Below are positions 30,632 through 43,574 of a stretch of 64,000 nucleotides of DNA, piece after piece. Where the stretch lies: assembly GCF_009914755.1 (NCBI RefSeq), contig NC_060930.1, one strand, 5' to 3'. The position numbers were made by a program, and so were the translations under genes. Position 1 is the first letter of the stretch. The number at the start of each line of letters is the position of its first letter. The stretch comes from the human T2T-CHM13v2.0 reference genome, Homo sapiens. The notes beneath the pieces were generated by a model. That model was given only the letters and a program-made list of their open reading frames with translations, was not told the origin of the DNA and made no database searches.

Positions 30632-31713
30632 CTGAAAGGAAAATGCAAAAATCTCAGGTCACTCTGTTACACAAGGGTGGGCGGAGTTTCATGCAACTTA
30701 GGTTTTTTAAAAAATAAATAATACATTTCAACATAAAAATCCTCTACTTACCAAGGCGCAGCAATGCTGTGAATGTTAGGCAGTTCAAATGCACAAGTGA
30801 TCTATGTCAGTGATCTATTCAACAGCACAGGATGTGATAAAAGCTTTGAAAACAACATGCATCTGTGAATTGAAAACTTGATATCGTGTATATTGACAAG
30901 GTTAGTGAGGACACAACAGAGTAGATGATGATAGTGAGAAAACAGAACACATATCTAGAAGGCAAACCATGCTTTCTGCATTTAGGTGAGATTAGAGTCT
31001 AGTGGCATGAAAGAGAGTATCAAACCCCATGCTATTGATGTTTACAGCATACAGACTTCTTCAAAGATAGTCAAAAACTAAGAAACTGGAAAAATTGTTA
31101 CATACCCCCAAAATGTGACAAATTATGTGGAAAGTATTCCCAGGAGTAAGGAATTAAATATAAAGATAACTTTTTGAATATTGAATATTATGTTAGGCCT
31201 GTTGATATACACTGTCAAGTTTTAAAAGTTTAAGTACCAGCCAAATTTTAAATGATTTATACTTTAAGAAGATGCTAGGGCATCCTCACTATAATGTATG
31301 GCCTTGTATTACTCAAATAAGTCTCATGGATATCTCTGAAAGTCAAACAATCTCTAACACATCAATGCCACCTTTAGAGATGACCCACAGGCTCTTTTAT
31401 AGCCTATAATATAATAAAATACCTACTATACTAGAAGAATGGCTTTTAAAGAGAAGAGTTAGAAGAATGAATGATACTTTTCTTTTACCATGCAAGGCAG
31501 AGATTAAGATGTCACAGAAACTGATGGTCAGCATGTGTAAGATTGCATTTAATAAACAACACTGGAATCTCCAAACATTTAAATAAACTCAATCCCTATT
31601 TTAACTACGTACAAAATTCAAGGTCATTTCTTTATTATTGACATAGATTTCCAGAGCCATGCAATCAAACTAAGCTTCTTGAAACAGCCTCATGTTTAAA
31701 TAAATAATATTAC

Positions 31714-31849
31714 CTTCTCCTCTACCTTTACATCTCCTGAGGTTTGTGATTCTTGTAGCTGTTTCAGAGATTCACTGAATAATAAATTATAACTTTCCTG
31801 AAGAGTTTTCACTTGTTTTTCCAATTCATTTCTTTCTTCATCTGTCATT
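31714..31849 (-). CDS. DST: DST-a/b exon (MTDEERNE...KVEEK)
   Basis: TTTAG| acceptor, |GTAAT donor, 136 nt; restores phase 0. Confidence 0.92.
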
Positions 31850-32793
31850 CTAAATAACCAGAAATGATAAAAAGACTAATGCAAGTCGTCCTCAAGAGAT
31901 AAAGATGTATTAGGTTCAATAATTTTGTCATATGATGGTAAAATAAAATATAGCCTCACATACATATTGCTCAGGTCTCAGTATGACTGTATATGAAAAT
32001 TAAGAATGGCCTTAAAATATCTAAGGATCTTTCCCTTGCCTGAGAAAAGGACTGAAGGAAAGGGTGTAAACTAATGTATTGACCCTTATTTAACATACAA
32101 AATTCCAAAATAACAATTGCTGCTATCTGACAGAGGGTAAGGTCTCATTGTTAATCCCAACATGGAAAAGGGACAATAAGGTACCATTTCTCAAGATGAA
32201 ACTTGTTTAGACTAAAGCACAAACAAAGAGGAAATTTATAAGGGGATTAACCTAATTTGCTAAGGTATACTATAAAGTCATTATGAAATAATCCTAGGAG
32301 GACATCCAAAAAGAATTTAAGAAAAAGGTGGATTCCTTCCCTGAGTGAAACACTGACTGAAATATATAAAGTGCTTTGCTGCAAAAAGTAGGGACAAAAT
32401 ATGAGAAACGAGGCTGCCATAGGTCTCAGCTAAGAAAATGAAGACCATATTTATACATATTTTCCAAAGAATAAGTCTCACAGAGTACTACTTAGATTTA
32501 AGACTTGACTCGGAGTCTGCACTCTACCTCTCACTTGCTATTAATTCTTACCTCTCTGAGCCTGTTTCCTTATCGGTAATACATGGGGATAATAAGAATA
32601 TTTCAAAGTTGTAATAAGACTAAAATTGACAATTAAATTACTAAGTTGATACTCTTTACATTACTATATTAATTGTGATTAGTTTGAGTCCCATATTTAA
32701 CATTGCAATTAAAATTTACCACCTCTGTTTTGCTGAAAGCTTTTAAGAATACTTCCCCACTTAAAATAAAAGAGCTAACTACAACCAACATAC

Positions 32794-32882
32794 TTGTCTC
32801 CATGTTTTGCCAAAAAAAGCTGTATAGTTTGAAGTGCTTCCGATAATTGTTCCTTCTTGGTTGATATTTCCTCACTGGAAAT
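32794..32882 (-). CDS. DST: DST-a/b exon (ISSEEIST...HGDK)
   Basis: TTACAG| acceptor, |GTATGT donor, 89 nt. Confidence 0.92.
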
Positions 32883-33373
32883 CTGTAAGGTAAAGAAGGC
32901 ACATTCAAACTCTTCCTCCAAAAGGAGTAAACAGTATTTTTTTTTAAAAAAAGAAATTAATCAAGCTTTAGTCAAGACCCAAGTCTATTTTCTGGGTGAC
33001 CCAAGTGAATAACCTATCAGTTATTAGCAGTCTATAGAGCTAGATAAGAGTATTTTATTTAGAATCCGTAAGGAAAGCTCCTCTCTCTATCCTTAATGCC
33101 GTCATTTTCAAGAGAAAATAATACATTATACGTTTCCTGCATCTGTCCTAGTCCAGCCGTGGATAAAGGTGGCCTCCACCCGCAGGTGGGCACTCAGCAC
33201 TGGCCCAGTGTCATCCTTGCGCACTGCAGTCCTCAAAAAGACACATGACTGTGGGACACTACTTCCAAAGGGCATCTTCCTTCTGCCAAGCTCCTAGACA
33301 CAATGTTCCTTTTGAAAAAATTATGGTGAAAGTAATAATCTGTAGGTATGCAGACCCAGAATAAAGAATTTCT

Positions 33374-33660
33374 AGCTGAGAGCAGTGGCTCATGCCTGTA
33401 ATCCCAGCACTTTGGGAGGCCAAAGCAGGCAGATTGTTTTGAGCTCAGGCGTTTGAGACCAGCCTGAGCAACATGGTGAAATATTGTCTCTATGAAAAAT
33501 ACAAAAAGTATCCAAGTATTGGTGGCTCATGCCTGTAGTCCAAGCTACTCGGGAGGCTGAGACAGAATTGCTTGAGTGTGGGAAAGGGAGGTTACAGTGA
33601 GCTGAGGTCGTGCCACTGCACTCCCACATGGGCGACAGAGTAAGATCCTATCTAAAAGAA
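33374..33660 (+). mobile_element. Diverged AluJ
   Basis: Dimeric Alu with decayed tail. Confidence 0.85.
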
Positions 33661-34142
33661 ACTTTTTAACTATTGAAAAAAAGAACAAATAATTTCTAAT
33701 GCTAAGACCCACTTTGTAAAAGTCATCTGTGACTGTCATCTGTCAGAGAAATAAAATTGATCTGTTTGGGGAAAAGCAAGAGGTCACACACTTTCTCCTA
33801 ATTCCTCAGTGTATCATTTCCAAATCCCTTATTTCAGAAATTAATTGCCATTCTTTTAAATTAGCAGAAATAAGAGGAAATAATGGGCCAATGAAAAGAT
33901 ATATTTTCCCCCATGAAGTCTATTTAGAGTCAATTTAAAGTTTATTTTTCATGACTATAATCATGAGGCTGCATTGATTTTTGAAGGACATACTTATATT
34001 AACTAAAATTTCCTTTAACAGAACGACCATCAGCTGTTCTTAGACAGTTATAATTAACGCCATTATCTGCATTAAGAATGTATCTAGGGTACTAGGTCTA
34101 AATCTGACTTAGTAATGTTTTAGAGAATTTAAAACTAAAGAA

Positions 34143-34392
<250 letters not shown>

Positions 34393-35641
34393 CTAACTCT
34401 CCCAAGGAATCTTTGTTAAGCTTTATGTCCCCATTTTAGTTGTCTTCCTATTTAATGAGGGGGGAGAAGGATATTTTACATGAAATATATATATTAAAAT
34501 TACTTGAAGCTTTTTGGTATAAAGCACCAAATGCAAGTGCTTTCCCACATCTCCCACATCCCACATATATAGTATGTAAGACTATGACTGAATACTTCAC
34601 TTCAACTGAACAACTTTTCAAGTATATACTCTGGTCTGTAAACTTCTCCAAGAAAGAACCTCAAATAAGGAACACTTGCCTCATATCACAGCCAAGTAAG
34701 ACAAGGCACTGGTGTTCTCCCCTATTTAGTCATGTCAACAATGTCTATTTTAATAGATGACAAGTGAGTACTGATGCAGAGCTAGAAGTGGGAGCTAAAC
34801 ATTAAGATTGGATGATAGCCTTGAAATTTCTAAACGTCAGACAAGAGCAGGAGGGCAGTGTAGGAAAGTATTCCTTGAGAAAAACGCTTCTTATCTTAGC
34901 GGAAATTTATTTTTTTAATACAGCAGCAATCCCACTGCTATCACCAGCGGCAGCAATACTAAAATGTACACCCCAACTACCAACATCCTAAGAGCTTTAA
35001 GTGGTGCAGTCCAAGGACATCTCCCAAGCTGCGGCCATCCAACTAATCCTAAGCAGTTGGGATACAGAAGATAGCCCGTTAAGACTAAAGAATTCACTAG
35101 GATAAGGGATAGTATCTAGAATTTCCAGTGATTGACTGTAGACACTTCCTTATGAGATAGAAAAGACCCAGAAAAGCACAACTAAAGTCAATAATCAAGA
35201 ATGTTAATATCCTGGTTTGTATCTTCATTGTTCTTGAAACTTTTTATGTTTACATCTGTAAGAATAAGACGGCATATCTTTATGACATGGAGTGCATGGA
35301 TCTACTCTAGACATAAAACAGAATGACTCTGCTCTTCAGCTATTCTTATTGTAATAATCAGGAAGCAGACCTAATTATTAGGAAAAGCAGCATACTGTAT
35401 TCGTTTACTAAAAATAAGAACAATATATAACGTTCAGGCTTTGGAATTAAACAGCTTCTTCTGCCACACACTAACTTTGATTCTTTGGGCAAGTTATTTA
35501 ATCTTTCTGATTTGCATTATATTGGGCTATAACAATGGGAAAATTAAGGTAAAAATTAAACATTGTGCTAGGTAAACTGTGTCAACTCAGTTAACGTCCC
35601 TGCTATTATTATTATTATTAAACCAGGACTTCTGTGAATAC

Positions 35642-35770
35642 CTTTTGCTTAGAGAAGGGAGGTTTTCCAGCCTTCTCTGCATCTTTCAATGTCTTGCTGA
35701 TATTTGATACCCATTTTTGCAATTCTTTGGCTTTTTCAACATGTTCTTTCTTTTCTTCTTCCAGTGACTT
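35642..35770 (-). CDS. DST: DST-a/b exon (KSLEEEKKE...FSKQK)
   Basis: TGTCAG| acceptor, |GTATT donor, 129 nt, phase 0/0. Confidence 0.9.
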
Positions 35771-35894
35771 CTGACAGTTGTGAGCGGTAAGAAAAATATA
35801 CACTGCATTAAATGACTTAGCTATTAAACTGACCTCTCCATAGCAAACAAGAATGTAAAAATTTTTTTTCATCACACACAGGTTACTAAAACAT

Positions 35895-36052
35895 TTTATT
35901 CATTCACTTAACCATATTTACCATGTCACATAGCAGATGCACCTCCAAAATGTTTATGGTAGCAAAGAAAGCTATGGCATACATTCCTTAATGATTGGTC
36001 TAACCTCCCAGCTGTTCCATCAATGTTACAAATTTTAAATCTCAACTTTATT
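35895..36052 (-). terminator. BPAG1e poly(A) signals (AATAAA at 36047-36052 and 35895-35900)
   Basis: Two AATAAA hexamers on the sense strand about 750 and 900 nt past the stop and before the next a/b exon acceptor. Confidence 0.65.
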
Positions 36053-36802
36053 CATGAGGCACTAGAAGATCTTTGAATTGCTGCCTTTGCATTAGCATTA
36101 CAATCCTAATTGTCCTGACAAAAAGGTACCATAGAAGGCTGATAGAATAGAGAACGTCTACTGTACATGTAAGGAAAATACACAGAATGAAGAAAATCCT
36201 TCCCCTCCTCCAACACATAATATTCATAATGTTAGCTTTCAAGTGCGAAGACTTAACTAGAAATGGGACATTGTGGTAAACATTTTAATATGCAAAGAAG
36301 GTCACTATATACAGAAAAAGGCAAAACTTTTTCATTTTTTGAAGCAATCTAAAACACTGCAGCTTGAAGGCTGTGGGAACGAATTTATATCTTTCTCTTT
36401 GATTCCATGGTGCTTCATGACGTGCTCTTTCAGCGAGTGCAATTTATCATTTAATAAATGATCACTATTCAATGAAGGGGAGTTCTGAAGAAATGACACT
36501 GTGAACTTGGAGTTCATCAAGTTTATCCCACATTCTACGTAAAAAAAAAAACATTTTAGTGTGGCCAAGTTTCAAAAAACCATTCTCAAGGCTAAATGAA
36601 ACCATTTGAAGGGCATTAAATCTTATGTAATTTGCAATTTAAAACTTACTCTATTTTGAGCACTTAGCAATTTGCAGCCCTCAAGAAATAGAGTATGTTA
36701 CATAATTCACAGACTGCATATGTAGCCGATATCATCATACTCTGAAAAAGTGGCATGAACCAGCCTGCATCACCCCTTGCACAGTTATTTAAACATGTCC
36801 CA

Positions 36803-38704
36803 TTAGGAAGAATAGTAGAGGCTAGAAATTCCTGTCATCAGGGGCTCAGATACTTCTAACAGTTTAAGTCCTGTGTGGAAATCAAAATCAGCTTTTTCTA
36901 AGGCTTCTTTATATGTCAACTTTCTTTTTGTCTGAGGGCATATTATATTTCTGACATATGACTTTTGATCTTTGAGTTTTGTGGCAATGAGGACATCTAT
37001 AATACCTACTTGGAGAGCCTCTTCTATTGATAACCGAGAGTGAACCTGTGGCTCTATCAACCCTCCTGTCAAGTACTGAAATTCCAAACATCGGATTCCC
37101 ATTTCCTTATTTATAATATTTGCATTCACAGCTTCCACCACTGACATCATTTTGTTAGTGATGGGATGGCCAATCCCTGTGATTACTAATTCACACTGTC
37201 GCAGCTGCTGGGCAAACCCCTCATCAACCAGGCCTCTATGCAAAGCTTCGGCCACCCGGTACTTTTTGCCAGTAAGAGGATCAATTATGCCCCCTGTACT
37301 GACTTGGGCTTCAAGGCATCGGAGGGCAGTAATCCGATCAACCAAATTTCTACGGGAGGCTTTTAGTACAGAGATCCTTTCCCCACTAGCAGTCAGCCAA
37401 TACCCTGCAACAGGACTGTGCAAATCTTTCTTGGGGACTAACCGGCTCAGCAAAGAATCAGCAAGTTCTGTAAGTGTGATGAGGCCTTCCTGATACTTTT
37501 TGACCAAGGCTTTGTCAATTGTTCCCTGCTCTATAGCCTCATTAATATTGAAGTGTAATCCTGTTTTAGTATCAGTCAGCATATGAGAAGAATGCCCATA
37601 GGATTCAAAAAACATAGCTTCCTTCCACTGATATTGCTGCCCTGAAAGTTCAAGATATATACTTTTCTCAATCAGGTTTCTCTGGAAAGCCTCATACACG
37701 GTCAATTCTGATCCTGTTTTAGTATCTACTACAGAAATTCTATGTGTTTTCTTGACATTGAGATTGGAAATGTTCCTCTCCCCAAATGGAAACAGAAAGC
37801 ATTGGGACTCTACATCAAATACACACATTCGCAGTAATTCTGAGTAATACAGAGCTTGCTTGTTATTGGGATTAGGGAAAACTCTTGTGTTGCTGGATGG
37901 CTCATGTAAAAACTGTAAGATGGCATTATTCAACAACCCCTGCTGCAGAGCAATTTCTGGAGGAACACGAATGCCTCTCACAGGGTCAATGACACCCCCA
38001 CTGGCAATCTGGGCTTCCAAGATATGTTTACCTTTTTGTCTGTCAAGCATTCTATTTTCCATAGCTTGAAACACTGACAATGTCTTAGAAGAATAAGAAT
38101 ATCCCACAGCTGCCTTCTCTGCCTCAAGAAGCCTAATTCTGAATTCGGGGTCAACAACTCCTTTAAGAACTGCATCTTCAACAGAATATGTCTGACCTGA
38201 AATGGGATCAATTATAAAACCTGTTGCAGCCTGAGCTTCTAAAAATGCCAAAGCCACCATTTTGTCTATTATGATTCTCTCGGCCGCTGAGGCAAATGAA
38301 ATCTTTTCTTTTGTAGATTCTAGGTAAAGCCCTGCAATTGAGGTGGCTTTCGTCAGAAACTTGTTAAGAGTTTTCTGAACTTCTTCAACAGTCTTAAGAC
38401 CGAGTCGCAGCTGCTCAATTGTTCTCATGTCCAGAAGCTTAGCTTCCACCAACTGCCTGGCAGTCACAGTGTGCCTAAGCCCTTGGAATTTAAATTCATC
38501 ATCCCTGACTGAACATGCATGATCACCATCAAAGTTCTGGAAGGTCTCTGGTTCTAAGCCCTTCTTAAGGAAATCCCCTTTCTTGAGTCCACCAGATGCT
38601 CTGCACCCTTCAAGCATCCATTCTTCAGCACTGGGAACTGGGTTCTTTTCTTGTTTTAATGTTGTGACTTCTGTATGCATATCATACTGCTTGTTCTTAG
38701 CTAT
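36803..38704 (-). CDS. DST: BPAG1e terminal exon CDS: plakin repeat domains (intermediate-filament-binding tail), ends SSLYYSS*
   Basis: TTACAG| acceptor; repeated LEAQxxTGGIIDP plakin-repeat motifs; TAA at 36803-36805. Confidence 0.97.
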   Translation of the reverse strand: MAKNKQYDMHTEVTTLKQEKNPVPSAEEWMLEGCRASGGLKKGDFLKKGLEPETFQNFDGDHACSVRDDEFKFQGLRHTVTARQLVEAKLLDMRTIEQLRLGLKTVEEVQKTLNKFLTKATSIAGLYLESTKEKISFASAAERIIIDKMVALAFLEAQAATGFIIDPISGQTYSVEDAVLKGVVDPEFRIRLLEAEKAAVGYSYSSKTLSVFQAMENRMLDRQKGKHILEAQIASGGVIDPVRGIRVPPEIALQQGLLNNAILQFLHEPSSNTRVFPNPNNKQALYYSELLRMCVFDVESQCFLFPFGERNISNLNVKKTHRISVVDTKTGSELTVYEAFQRNLIEKSIYLELSGQQYQWKEAMFFESYGHSSHMLTDTKTGLHFNINEAIEQGTIDKALVKKYQEGLITLTELADSLLSRLVPKKDLHSPVAGYWLTASGERISVLKASRRNLVDRITALRCLEAQVSTGGIIDPLTGKKYRVAEALHRGLVDEGFAQQLRQCELVITGIGHPITNKMMSVVEAVNANIINKEMGIRCLEFQYLTGGLIEPQVHSRLSIEEALQVGIIDVLIATKLKDQKSYVRNIICPQTKRKLTYKEALEKADFDFHTGLKLLEVSEPLMTGISSLYYSS

Positions 38705-39271
38705 CTGTAACAGGAATTTATAAAATGTTAAAAGTCACCTCAAGAACATTATGTCACTTTATCCATTCTCAATCCAAACATAATTCTTTGAATTACAAAG
38801 ACAAGATTAGTGAAAAGAAGAAAAATTTCAAACCAAGGAGGGTTCAGGAATAAGTATTATATTATTTTCAGAGTCTGAATTTTATCTTAGATGACAATTA
38901 AAGGTATTAAAATTATATCTTTAAAAAAGACTAAGACAAAGTCTAGCCACAGAATATGTTAGAAGTTAAAGCTAACTGCTTGGTTCTTCTAGCTTTTTTG
39001 ATACTCACATTTTTCAGAATGTATCTCCACAGATATAACAGTATATCTATTACATCTGTATGTTTAATCTCAAACATTCAAAAATTAAAGTTAATTTATG
39101 ATAAAGATTCAAGTAAGTTACCAGAAAGAGTATAGCATTATTTTCCTGTCAGAACTACAATGAGCCAATCACATTCAAAATTGTTTTAAAAATTTAGTCT
39201 AGGAGAGAAAGGAAACAAATGAGGAAACTTGACATTAGGTAGCTGATAAGGTCTCAGAACACAGAGTATAC

Positions 39272-42001
39272 CTCTAAGGGTGTCAAAACCTTCACCAGTT
39301 CCATTTCACATGCGTTATCTTGATACCTAACAGGTGGTCTAGAATTGTTCAGGGCTTGGTCTCTTATCTTCTCAATTTCAGACAGTCTTGTAATGGGGTT
39401 TGTCTCATCAAAAGTTATCTGTAACTCGGTGCTTGTCTGAGAAAAGTACTCAGAGTAACACTGCTGGCTTTTCTCTTTCTCGAGTGGAGCCCCTGGTGGC
39501 TGGAATTGGACTTCTTTGGGTATCTGTTCAACAACCCGATGCTGCCACTTCTCTTCCAATGGCTGTGGTTCTTGAGTCCATCTCAACAGAGGGGATCTGG
39601 GTGTTGGGTGAAGGTGTCCAGTGTTTCTAGAGGACAGCTCTCCAGAGTGCTGGCACTCCTTCACTGTCATCTCAAAATCTGGTTTGAAGGTACAGTCTTT
39701 GGCTGTGCTCTTTTTTTGAATTTCACACTGGAGCAAAACTAATTGATGTTCATGCTCTTTGATCTGTTGGTCCATTTTTTGCTTCAGGTTTTCAACCTCA
39801 CGCTTCTGGGCTATCAGCTCATCCTCAAGTTTCTGACATTTTTGGTAATGATTTGCTTCCATGTGCTGCCCTTGCTGCATTTGTTCACGATACTGTTGAA
39901 GCTGTCTTTCAAGTTCTTTAATGTTTGTTTCACAAAGCTTAGCATTTTCTTGGGCTCTAGAGTTTTCTTGTTGAAGAGACACAAAGTCAAGCCTAATGCC
40001 TGAAATATCATTTTCAGTGATGACTTTGGACTCCATTAATTTTTCCATCTTCTTCCGAAACTCCTCTGCTGATTGTTTGAATTTACCAGATTCTTCCTGA
40101 AACAGAACCATCTTTCTGTGGGTCATCTGCTCCTCTATGGTCTTTAAGTGTAATTCGTCTTGTACTTTTTTCAACCTGTTATTTAACTCTTGCACCTGAG
40201 CTTGTTGTAGCTGAACTTTCTGCTCCCCGCGTCGCTTCTCTTCTTTGGAAGCATTCAGTTCCGCATTCAGATTTCTAACTTCTTTCTTGGTATTCTGGAT
40301 GATAATGTTCTGTTGGTCACACTTTTGCTTAAATTCACTTACCAAATTTTGACTTTTCGCCAGGTCTTCTTCTAGGCATTTAATTTTTCTTTGAAAATCC
40401 TGCTCTGTTTTTGTCTGTTTATGCAAGTGTTCATTTGTGCTGCGTAGCTGATCTTTAAAACCATCTGCCTGAATTTTCAGTGCTTCACATCTTTGCTGGA
40501 TAGTTTGTTTCTCTAAAACTATATTCTCTGATTCTGCCTGAATTCTCTGCATCATTAATTTGGTTTCATTATTCTGCCTAGTAAGCTCCTCTACTTTTTG
40601 TTTTAGCATCTCTGCACACTCATTACTTTTCTCCAATTCTTCATTGAGCCTTTGGATTTTATCATTATTTTCTTTTTCAGCTTTGATATTTTGAAGCAAC
40701 TGCTCATGGCTTTTCTCAAATTGTTCTTTTAGATGATCTGATTTTCTCTGGCAGATTTGTAGTCTTTCTAATTCTTTCTCATCTCGAAAAGAATGAATTT
40801 GTGAATTTAAATGCTGAATATTCTTCTCAGCTACAGCATGTGCCCTTGTGATTCTGTCTACTTCTCTTTGTAGTTTCCCTTTTTCATGATTAAGAGATTC
40901 TAATTCTAACTGATAATTGCGCTTTATTTTCTTGAGATCACTAGCTTCTTGCATGGCTTCTTCAGCTTTACCTGTGGTTTGATTCAATTGCCTACCAAGC
41001 TCTCTGAGTTGTTGAGAATACCCTTTCTCCGCCTGATCCTTCCTTTCCAGCTCCAACTTAAGGCATCTGAGTGTATTATTTGTTTCATCTAGTTTATCTT
41101 TTAGCAAACGAGCCTTTTCCTCAGATGACGTTTTTTCAAGCTGGAGGGCATTAAGTTCATATGTCAGCTCTCTCATGTCTTGTTCAGCCTTTCTATTGGC
41201 AGCTGTTAGTTCATCTACCTGCTGTTTGAGTTCTTCTGCTTTCTGCTTGTCATGTTCTTGCTGGAGACCCGTTACTGCCCTGCATGATGTAGCCTGTGTG
41301 ATCGGACACACTGGCAATGCATTTTCTCTACATGTATACTGAATTTCAGTTATTTTTCTTCTTGCTTCCAATTCAATTTTCTGCTTTTCTTTCAACTGTT
41401 TCTCTGCTACCTGTTTCTGAAATGCAAGGTCTTTTTCCATCTGCTTTATCAGCTTCAAGAGTTCTTCCTCATTGTCTCTCTTTCTTCTTAATTCTTCCAT
41501 TAATTTATTTTTTTGTTGCTCCAAATCATTGAGACTTAAATCTTTTCTTTTAAGATGATCTTCCAGTGTTCGTCTGGTAAAGGTGTTTTCCTCCAACTGA
41601 TTGCGAAAATTCAGGAGGTTCTCTTCCACGGCAGCTCTTTTAGCCTCGGCCTCTATGGTGAGCTGCCTCACCCGCTCCAGTTCTCTTTCAGCGGCTTCCT
41701 TCTCTCTCACAATGGTTTCAAGTTCCCTGCGGTACTGCTTGGCTTCACTTTCAGCCCTTATCTTCTGCAGAGAGATATCTTCTACATTTCTCTGCTGCTT
41801 TCTCAATTCATTTTCTGCAGCCTCCCTGACCTTCGGAAGTTCTTCCTCTACTCGGGACTTTTGTTTCTTTAGTTCAGCTACCATTCTTTCCAACTCACTT
41901 ATCTTTCCTGTAAGTTTGCTATTCTCAAGCACTGTTGCCTTCTGACGCTGAAGCAGATCTGAATATGCCCCATGTTCAGAAGTCTCCTTACACCTTTTAA
42001 T
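39272..42001 (-). CDS. DST: BPAG1e coiled-coil rod exon (IKRCKETS...VLTPLE), 910 codons
   Basis: TTTTGTAG| acceptor, |GTATA donor, 2730-nt open frame rich in E/K/Q/L heptads. Confidence 0.96.
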
Positions 42002-43574
42002 CTACAAAAGACATTTTGAAAGTGTCAAGCCTGTTCTGTTCAAAATATCTTACAACGTATGAATCAATGTTCATAAAAGTACTTACAAAACCAAGTGAAC
42101 TCAAATGCAGAACAAGCGCTATCACCACCACCAGCAGCATCACCTTCTTCAGAGAGGAAGCCTCAGAAAGTCAGCAGAAGAGGACAAAAAACCCTTCACG
42201 ACAGGTTTTCTGAAGAATATCTTTTTGCCCCTCAGGAATAATTTTATTTTAAAAATTAGCTAGCTTAGAATTTTATAGCAAGAAGGGAATTTACAACAGA
42301 TGAGGAAAGGGAGAAACGAGGAGGACAGATATTTTTGCAAACTCACATTGGGTGAGTGACAAAGTGGGAAATAAAACTCTCACGACGGTGCCCTTTCTTC
42401 TCTTGCATGCAACATAATCCTAAGAGGTAGGAAGAACACCCAACACATAGGAACCAAATGATGCTAAAGAATTTAGTTTTCTAACCTAATAGAAATTAAA
42501 AATGATACTTATATTCCCATGTCTTATGGTTAAAAAAACAAAGCACAGAACTTTAGAACAGAGAGCCAAATTAGGAAATAACATGGGGAAGAAGGAAAAT
42601 TATACAAAAACTTGAAATTTCTAAAGTCAGATCCCTTATTTGTTTATACTTGCCATATTATGACAATTATAATAATCAGAATTGCTAATGCAAAGGCAGC
42701 TACAGTCCTGATGGCTCTGGAAAAGATGCGCTTCATATACTCACAGATTTTGTTGCTGTTGTTAATAACATGCCTCATATGAATCACTTTGACAAGCACC
42801 TTTAAATACTCCATAAATATAAAGATATTTGTTAAGTATAATAGCTTTTAAATATATACTTAGGGATTCAGCTCCAATGTATAGAAAAAATTATAAGAAA
42901 AAATTTTTACTCTACTAGGGACAGAATCAATGTCAGCTGGGAGGAGTATGCTTTACATTGATTATAGAACTACATGATCAGGATTAGTTTATAATTACAA
43001 TTTAATTTCTCTTTATTAATATTCTAGTGTGTTAGTTTTGTATCATCAACTCAAGATCACCATAAAATAATTTAAACAGGAATACAGAAATTATTTTAGA
43101 CAGATTTGTTTTCATTGAGAAGCTTTGGTGAATTTCAAGAATTTAATTTCTATTACAGACCATACATCTTATTTTGCTTCCTCTAATTTCTTGATCTCCA
43201 ATAATTTTGATGAGAATTTCAGTTGTTTTCTTTGCTAACCTAAATAAGGTTTCTAATAATAATTCATACAGAAACAAATCTCATAATCTGTTATCTTCAG
43301 CACTCTATTTTCTTTATTTTAGTATCAGGGTCAATCCTGTGACACATGAGCATTTTATCTATTTAAATACTAAGTTTTCAGTATTTCTTGAGGAGGTTAT
43401 TTCTAAGACAGTCTCAGTTGCTTATCAAACCTCCTTTAAAACTTAGCTATTGCTAAGAAATTCTGAGCTATTTCTCATGCTCAGATTTAGAAAAACTAAA
43501 AATTCCCTCAGAAAAAAATATCTGTTGTTGAACCCTCAATGCCTTAGGCAATGCAGTGATTTGTTAAGAATCTC

